The notes under the pieces are model-generated. The model ran no database searches. It worked only from the letters and a program-made list of their open reading frames with translations, and was not told the origin of the DNA. Source: a virus (Duplodnaviria > Caudoviricetes). From it: a DNA stretch of 64,000 bases. The stretch's first letter is position 1; each line of letters begins with the position of its first letter. The stretch is taken from IMG/VR virus record IMGVR_UViG_3300044556_000086, positions 1 through 64,000 of that record, one strand, 5' to 3'. The position numbers and the translations under genes were made by a program. This document shows, piece after piece, positions 57,701-64,000 of the stretch.

Positions 57701-58246
57701 ATGGCAATTTGTACATTAAAAGCACATGTAGCTAGGGCCATGGATTTCTATAATCATGATGACATTTATTTTGCTATAGGGAAGTCTTCTGCTTGGTCTA
57801 GTTCAGACCTTACAGATTTCGATAGTTCTAGGAACTACGATGTAAATCCTCCCGAACCAAAGAATACAGATGATATGAAAGAAGTTATAGGGTATAAGAA
57901 GGCTGAATATAAGTCTTTTGTTGTACAGGATGATACAAATGGTACTCTTGACTATAGAAATACAAAATGGAGAGTAGTCAATAAAGAAGATGCTGCTACA
58001 GCTGGTGCTAGGTGGGTATACGTATCAACCGAACTTTTATATGAAGAACTTCCTACAGAACTACCTTACAGGTGTATAGGGGTATATACAGGTCTTATTC
58101 TGGCTGACGGGGTTAGTTCTTCGAAGTTTAATTTACTTCCGAGTGAAGTAAAGGATGCCGGGTTGTTACAGGTCATTGACTACAGGAAGCCTATTTATAG
58201 GAATACGGATGTAAAAGAAAAGATAAAGTTAATTCTAGAGTTTTAA
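57701..58246 (+). CDS. Baseplate protein (gp8-like)
   Basis: YFAIGKSSAW...PP, RWVYV and RKPI.R..D..E.I.LILEF motifs. Confidence 0.7.
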   Translation: MAICTLKAHVARAMDFYNHDDIYFAIGKSSAWSSSDLTDFDSSRNYDVNPPEPKNTDDMKEVIGYKKAEYKSFVVQDDTNGTLDYRNTKWRVVNKEDAATAGARWVYVSTELLYEELPTELPYRCIGVYTGLILADGVSSSKFNLLPSEVKDAGLLQVIDYRKPIYRNTDVKEKIKLILEF

Positions 58247-58261
58247 GGGGGAACCGGTAAC

Positions 58262-61200
58262 GTGGCAGGATTTGAGGATACATTAAAGAGTAGTCCTTAC
58301 TATGATAGGTACGTAGGGGATTCCGCTCATAAAAATGCAAATTACACCAGAGTACTAGCTCAGCCAGGTCGTGCTGAACAGGCTTCTGAATTTAATGAAA
58401 TACAGTCTATTGCTAGGGATTATACTGAACGGCTGGGGAACGCTGTACTAAAAGATGGGTACGTAGTATCAGGGATAGTTCCGTCTATATCTGATACAGT
58501 TCTAACTCTTACAGCTGGTAAGATTTTTCTTTCTGGGTTGGTTAGGAATACGAACGCTGTTACACTACATGTAAATTCTGTAGGGATGGAATATGTAGTA
58601 GCTTATGTGACAGAAAGTATTGTAACCTATGCTAATGATACTAGTTTACGTGACCCAGCTCAGGGTGCTCAGAACTATAATATGATAGGTGCTGACAGGG
58701 CTAAGGAAGACGTAAATTTTGCTATAGTTACGGATTTGAGTAACGCACCTGAGGGTTCTGCTCAGGTATATGCTTTTTCTGATGGTGTACTAGTAAAAGA
58801 TACGGACACGAATCAGTATGATTTTATTAATGACATTCTCGCTGAGCGAACCTATGATGAAAACGGGAACTATAAAGTAAATGGTCTGGATATTCAAAAG
58901 GCTATGGAAATAGATGGTGACCAGATTAGGGTATATGTTTCTTCTGGTAAGGCTTATGTAAAGGGTTATGAAGTATCTAAGTCTAACATGTCTAGTGTAC
59001 TGTTAGATGCTGCTGTAACCGATAGACTAGTTCAGAGTGAATCTCATTATTATAAGTCTACCTCTAATACGTATGAACTGTCTAATACACCTGTTAAGTC
59101 TATTTCTAACTTTACATGTTTAGTATCTGTATTAAAAGAAAAGCATTACAGGGGTTCTATTGCCGGTGGTGCCGAATCTTTAACAAATACACCGGTAGAT
59201 TCTGTTTCTAAGGTATATACGCTAAATAGTTCTGGTACGATAGAAACCACATACGTTCAGGGTAGGGACTATAATTTATATAATGACCAGATAGACTGGT
59301 CTCCTACAGGGGATAACGTTCAAGAGCCTTCACCTGGTACGACTTACTATGTAGATTATGTGTATAATAAGTCCATGGTAGAAGGAACAGACTATAGCGT
59401 TACGAATGATTCTAATTCTTCTTATATTACGTTCTTGAGTAATGGTGATAAGCCTGACCAGAATTCAAGGATGTATATTTCCTATTACTATACATTAGCT
59501 AGGAGAGACCTAATCCTGTTGGATAAAGACGGGAATTTGTCTGTTTTGAAGGGTACGCCTGCTAAGTATAGTGAGTTGATGACTCCTTATAATGGTTCTA
59601 CATCTTATATTGAGTTAGGTTATGTTACTGTATTTGCTAAGGATATGATTAAAGGTTCTTTGAAAGAAGAACACTTGGCTGAAGTAACGAACTATGATAG
59701 TGTTCGAGTAACGCAGGATAGTATGCTGACAATGATGAGGCGTATAGAATACCTGGAAAATAGTGTAGCTCAGCTGGATATGGAACGGAGTGTAGAAGCT
59801 GGTGCTGACCTAACTTCTTTAGGTGGGTATTTCACAGATGACTTTGATAGTATTAATAAGTCTGATATAGGGTACGTAGATTCTAAGAATAATATCTCTT
59901 ACGATTGTTGTATCGACTATGACAGGAAAGAGTTGACAACAGCTGCTGATATTTCTTCTTATGATTTAACAGTAGATAGTTCTAGTAGTGAATCTTATGC
60001 TGTATATGGGGATGTTATATCGGCTCCTTATACCTTTGGTAAGTCTATCGAGCAGTCTTGGGCTACAGGTACTTACAAGGTTAACCCTTATGCTTCTTAT
60101 GGTCCTATGTGTAAAGTTACTCTAAATCCTGCTAAGGATAACTGGGTAGATACGAAGACCATTAAAGTGTATAATACGATTGAAAACCAGACATATACCA
60201 CAGATACAAAAGTATATTCTCATGGATTCTGGTCTAGAAACGCTAATAAGAATCTTAGAGGGTATATTGGTACGACTACAAATACCACGACTACTTATAC
60301 AGGAACGACTACAAAGACAGATATATCCGATAGAGTAGCAAAAACACTTATTGAGTATATGAGGGTTAAGCAGGTAAAAGTTACAGGGGAAGCCTTCGGA
60401 GCTAACCAGAATAATATCAGTTGTACTTTTAATGGTAAACCCATTGATATTATAGCTTCTGGTACTTCTTCACAGGGTAGTACGTACTCTTCAGGAGGTA
60501 AGAGTTATAAGACCATTAAAGCAGATGCAAATGGTACGTTCACAGGATACTTTACAGTACCTGAAAAGACGCCATGTGGGAATGTACCCGTAGTATTTTC
60601 CGCTACTAATAACTTGGGTGAAAAACATACGGGTCAGGCAACCTACTCTGCTGTAGGGACGTTGCTAACAGACACTATTACTGATACAAAAGTTGTTACT
60701 GACCACTATAAAGTACTAACGGAAGTAGATAATATTTATAAGAGTGACCCGTTAGCTCAGTCTTTTATAATGGATACGGTATATGACAGGAATCTGATGA
60801 AGCTGGATTTATATTTTGCTACAAAGTCTACTACACGTCCTGTCATTGTGCAGATTCGTAATATGGTAAACGGGTATCCAGGTGAGACAGTATATGCAGA
60901 AGTATCCATTAAATCTGAAGACGTAAATATTCCTACAAATAAGAATGTTCCGGTAGCTACTTCTGTAGTATTGAACCAGCCTGTATATTGCTATGCAGGT
61001 AGGTATTATTGTTTCTGTGTTCTGTCCGATAGTAATGATTATTCTATGTACTATGCACAGATGGGTAAGAACCGATTAGGTACTACTAATCCGGTTGTAG
61101 TTAATCCATATGCTACAGGGGTTATGTTTAGTAGTTCTAATGCTAGTACTTGGACGGCTCATCAGGATAGTGACTTGATGTTCACATTGTACAGGTCTGT

Positions 61201-61888
61201 ATATACGGGTTCTGGTGAAATTATATTCAATAATGTAAGTGCTCAGGATGCTACAGGTATTTTCTTGGATGCCGCTTATGAAGTAGATAGTGATAATAAT
61301 TCTTCTAATACGAAGACAGGGTTGACCTGGTACTATCGGTTCATGGATTCTAGGAATGGTAACTCTCTGACAGACTGGTTAGGTATAGATACTTTGACTT
61401 ATCGAGACTTCCAGAGTACGACGAGTAGAATTTCATTGAAGGCTGTCATTACAACAGACTTTAGTACTTCTCCGTTCATAGATTCTGGCAGGGTAAGTTT
61501 AAGGTCGTTCACAGATGGGTTAAATGCTACGTATATCTCTAAACATTTAACGGAATCTGATTTTTATGAACCTTATAAAGCCTTGAAGATAACTTATCAG
61601 GCCGCTCTTCCTTCAGGTTCTTCACACAAAGTATACTATATGGATACTTCTACAGGTACCTGGAATGAGCTGGTAACTGATGCTAATACTGTACTAACTA
61701 CATCTGTAGTAGATGAAGAATTTACGCAGTATACTTGGAATGTGAAGAAGATTCATAAGCTGGTAGCTGATTCCTCATCTAGTGGGGCTACGTTCTTTAA
61801 ACTGAGAATAGACTTATATACGAATATTAGGTATAATCGTCCTAGGATTAGGAAATTGGCTTGTATCTTTAAATATGAAACTGAATAA
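58262..61888 (+). CDS. DUF4815-like baseplate / tail structural protein
   Basis: PYYD, PGRA.QASE.NEIQ, GADR, RTYDENGNY, GKAYVKGYE and DPLAQSF motifs. Confidence 0.8.
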   Translation: MAGFEDTLKSSPYYDRYVGDSAHKNANYTRVLAQPGRAEQASEFNEIQSIARDYTERLGNAVLKDGYVVSGIVPSISDTVLTLTAGKIFLSGLVRNTNAVTLHVNSVGMEYVVAYVTESIVTYANDTSLRDPAQGAQNYNMIGADRAKEDVNFAIVTDLSNAPEGSAQVYAFSDGVLVKDTDTNQYDFINDILAERTYDENGNYKVNGLDIQKAMEIDGDQIRVYVSSGKAYVKGYEVSKSNMSSVLLDAAVTDRLVQSESHYYKSTSNTYELSNTPVKSISNFTCLVSVLKEKHYRGSIAGGAESLTNTPVDSVSKVYTLNSSGTIETTYVQGRDYNLYNDQIDWSPTGDNVQEPSPGTTYYVDYVYNKSMVEGTDYSVTNDSNSSYITFLSNGDKPDQNSRMYISYYYTLARRDLILLDKDGNLSVLKGTPAKYSELMTPYNGSTSYIELGYVTVFAKDMIKGSLKEEHLAEVTNYDSVRVTQDSMLTMMRRIEYLENSVAQLDMERSVEAGADLTSLGGYFTDDFDSINKSDIGYVDSKNNISYDCCIDYDRKELTTAADISSYDLTVDSSSSESYAVYGDVISAPYTFGKSIEQSWATGTYKVNPYASYGPMCKVTLNPAKDNWVDTKTIKVYNTIENQTYTTDTKVYSHGFWSRNANKNLRGYIGTTTNTTTTYTGTTTKTDISDRVAKTLIEYMRVKQVKVTGEAFGANQNNISCTFNGKPIDIIASGTSSQGSTYSSGGKSYKTIKADANGTFTGYFTVPEKTPCGNVPVVFSATNNLGEKHTGQATYSAVGTLLTDTITDTKVVTDHYKVLTEVDNIYKSDPLAQSFIMDTVYDRNLMKLDLYFATKSTTRPVIVQIRNMVNGYPGETVYAEVSIKSEDVNIPTNKNVPVATSVVLNQPVYCYAGRYYCFCVLSDSNDYSMYYAQMGKNRLGTTNPVVVNPYATGVMFSSSNASTWTAHQDSDLMFTLYRSVYTGSGEIIFNNVSAQDATGIFLDAAYEVDSDNNSSNTKTGLTWYYRFMDSRNGNSLTDWLGIDTLTYRDFQSTTSRISLKAVITTDFSTSPFIDSGRVSLRSFTDGLNATYISKHLTESDFYEPYKALKITYQAALPSGSSHKVYYMDTSTGTWNELVTDANTVLTTSVVDEEFTQYTWNVKKIHKLVADSSSSGATFFKLRIDLYTNIRYNRPRIRKLACIFKYETE

Positions 61889-61890
61889 AG

Positions 61891-62109
61891 GTGGTAATAG
61901 GGAAAATGTCCATAAAAACTCACCGTCCGTTCTGTGTTATGTTCAAAAGGTCTGAAGCAGAACGGAACGTAGCTAAGTTAGGAGAAACACAGCAGACGTT
62001 GAGTAATGCTGTAGATATGATTAAGAAGCTTCAGGAAGAAGTCAATAAATTAAAAGAAAGTTCTACAGTAGAAGATGAGGGGACTTCTACTGATACGGAA
62101 CAGAAATAA
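61891..62109 (+). CDS. Small coiled-coil protein
   Basis: ORF track; the start may be ATG 61906. Confidence 0.6.
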   Translation: MVIGKMSIKTHRPFCVMFKRSEAERNVAKLGETQQTLSNAVDMIKKLQEEVNKLKESSTVEDEGTSTDTEQK

Positions 62110-62133
62110 GTTTCTATACTAAGGAGATATAAA

Positions 62134-63075
62134 ATGCTGGTAAAGAACTATTCACATCCATTGGATTGGAACATAGGTAGTTTGTTTGCTCATGATGATT
62201 TTGTGTGGAAAATTCTAGGAATATGTAAGGAACTTGGAATAGACTCAAATATAAAGTATGTGTTTGGGTCTATTCCCTGCAAATTCCAGGGTGGGAGGAT
62301 TCCTGCTCGTACAGCTACGTTAGAAAACGCAAGGAAAATCATAAGACGGTATAACAAAGAATTTGGGGTGTCTTGTAGGTTAACCTTTTCTAACGCACTT
62401 ATCACTAAGGAAGATTTAGGGGATGACTTATCAAACAGTTTATTACAGATTCTTGAAGATAGTAATAAAGAGTTCGGGGTGCAAAATGGGTTAATGATTA
62501 CTCTGGACATGTTGGCTGATTATGTAAGGGAAACATATCCGTCTTTGGAATTAATCTCATCTCAGGTAAAACCTTCTGTTGAAGTAGGGTTTGGGGATGA
62601 TAAAGATACAGTGGATTACTATAATAAATTATTTGATAAATATGATATCGTGGTAGTCAATCCATTCAAAGTACAGGACTATTCTTTCTTGGAACAGATT
62701 AAGTATAAAGATAGGGTGGAATTTATTGTAAACCATAGGTGTATTCCTAATTGTCCGTTAGTAAAGAAGCATTATATTACTCAAATGCTGATATCCGATA
62801 AATTTTTATCTGATGAATCTTGTGATAAGGAAAAAGAAGATTTATCTGAAATTCATTCTTGGTGTGAGTCTAATAGAAAGAAATATCCATTATTAGGAAC
62901 GTCTATGTCCGAAGATGATATAGATTTATTACTAAGTATGGGTTATAAGCACTTTAAAGTAGAGGGACGGGATAATGAAGGTTCTTGTTTCGTACGTGAT
63001 TTAGGGGATTATGTATTTAATCATCATGAGTTTACTAGGGTAAGTCAGGCTATTCTCGGTATGGTAGCTGTATAG
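62134..63075 (+). CDS. Peptidase-U32-like (TIM barrel, putative Fe-S) protein
   Basis: GGR, ISSQVK, VNHRCIPNCP...HY and FKVEGR motifs. Confidence 0.6.
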   Translation: MLVKNYSHPLDWNIGSLFAHDDFVWKILGICKELGIDSNIKYVFGSIPCKFQGGRIPARTATLENARKIIRRYNKEFGVSCRLTFSNALITKEDLGDDLSNSLLQILEDSNKEFGVQNGLMITLDMLADYVRETYPSLELISSQVKPSVEVGFGDDKDTVDYYNKLFDKYDIVVVNPFKVQDYSFLEQIKYKDRVEFIVNHRCIPNCPLVKKHYITQMLISDKFLSDESCDKEKEDLSEIHSWCESNRKKYPLLGTSMSEDDIDLLLSMGYKHFKVEGRDNEGSCFVRDLGDYVFNHHEFTRVSQAILGMVAV

Positions 63076-63086
63076 GGGTGCGAGAT

Positions 63087-64000
63087 ATGGCAACAAGTAT
63101 AGAGAATGAATCTGGGGAACTGTTGTGGAGTCCAAATAATTTTGGCTCATACTCAGTAGAAAAGATTCAGTTAATCGTAGATATTCTAAAATCCTTATTA
63201 CAGGATACAACCTTAAAACTAGATACCTCATCTTCATTATCTGGTGACTATTACACTAAGGAACAGACGAATGAAACGTTTCTGTTAAAGACAGATTTCA
63301 ATAGTCTGGCAACGGCTCTGGTAACTAGTAAATTGAATGAGTACATACAGCAGAAAGAAACTAGTGGTGATTTAGTAGATGCTGAAACAGTTCGTACTTG
63401 TGTAAAAATTCTGAACTGGGTATGTAAGGCTTGTTTTGACCAGTCTTATACAGATACTTCAGAAATTACGGAAATGACAGAGATTACTCCATTTCCAATT
63501 TCTATTCAGAATATAACAAGTAACTTGGCTTCTATGAGTACTTCTGTATCTCACTTGCAGAGTGTAGTGTATGAAGTAAATTCTGATGGTACGGTATCTT
63601 CTATAGTCCGGGTAACCACGAAGTCTGAATTTACTGCTTTGACAGATAGAATAGGCTCAGATACACTAACCACTTCTGCAAAGACTATTACAGGAGCTAT
63701 CAATGAGCTGAATAGTAATGTAGCTACAGGTAGTAGGGTTACTGATTTAGAAACGAAGACGGATAACTTATCTAGTACCGTTACAAACTTAAATAGTTCG
63801 ATAAGTACCTTAAATTCTACAGTAAGTAGCTTGTCTACTGCTGTATCTAATAAGGTGAATACTTCTAGTATTGTAACGAAGAGTACAGATAGTACTACCT
63901 CTGTACCCGCTGCTTCTCTGGAGTATGAGGATAGGGATAATATAAAGTCACTGCAAAATTCTTTAAATTCATTAATCACTAGGGTAACTGCTTTAGAAGC
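63087..64000 (+). CDS. Tail-fibre-like coiled-coil protein (runs off the window; not in the ORF track)
   Basis: Open frame from ATG 63087 (MATSIENESG...) with YYTKEQ, LTTSAKTITGAINEL and heptad repeats. Confidence 0.7.
   Translation, partial: MATSIENESGELLWSPNNFGSYSVEKIQLIVDILKSLLQDTTLKLDTSSSLSGDYYTKEQTNETFLLKTDFNSLATALVTSKLNEYIQQKETSGDLVDAETVRTCVKILNWVCKACFDQSYTDTSEITEMTEITPFPISIQNITSNLASMSTSVSHLQSVVYEVNSDGTVSSIVRVTTKSEFTALTDRIGSDTLTTSAKTITGAINELNSNVATGSRVTDLETKTDNLSSTVTNLNSSISTLNSTVSSLSTAVSNKVNTSSIVTKSTDSTTSVPAASLEYEDRDNIKSLQNSLNSLITRVTALE

Noticed and set aside
1-64000. tRNA genes, integrase, tnpA, reverse transcriptase/DGR, genetic recoding
   Set aside because: None recognised by eye, and genes read through intact in the standard code. 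A tRNAscan-SE run would confirm the absence of tRNAs.

Overview
A 64-kb slice of a large, AT-rich contractile-tailed (myovirus-type) phage genome. Every supported gene is on the + strand. The host is probably a Firmicute, possibly Negativicutes (inferred from sigma-A promoters, strong GGAGG RBSs and the holin type). The order is: replication genes (SNF2 helicase, DnaB-like helicase), an accessory block, neck/sheath/tube genes, a second ~15-kb accessory block, then tape measure and baseplate genes. Four features stand out. (1) IS200/IS605-derived RNA-guided (OMEGA) elements: one intact IscB, one intact TnpB, two stand-alone TnpB omegaRNA cassettes and several mini-remnants. Their ends, TAMs and empty sites can be rebuilt from the sequence, and precise removal of four of them restores phage ORFs. 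(2) A ~270-nt promoter-to-terminator non-coding unit (28103-28376) with two anti-Shine-Dalgarno segments that are complementary to the RBSs of specific phage genes. (3) Seven sigma-A promoters sharing a palindromic operator (TTACTT-N6-AAGTAA) over the -35 box; three of the predicted sRNA targets are first genes behind these promoters. (4) A candidate counter-defence set: two Tad2/DUF2829 fusions, orphan HicB-like and RnlB-like antitoxins, a degenerate ABC-ATPase, a lone DUF262 domain and a PNKP-RNA ligase. All family assignments are by eye from motifs; no searches were run.
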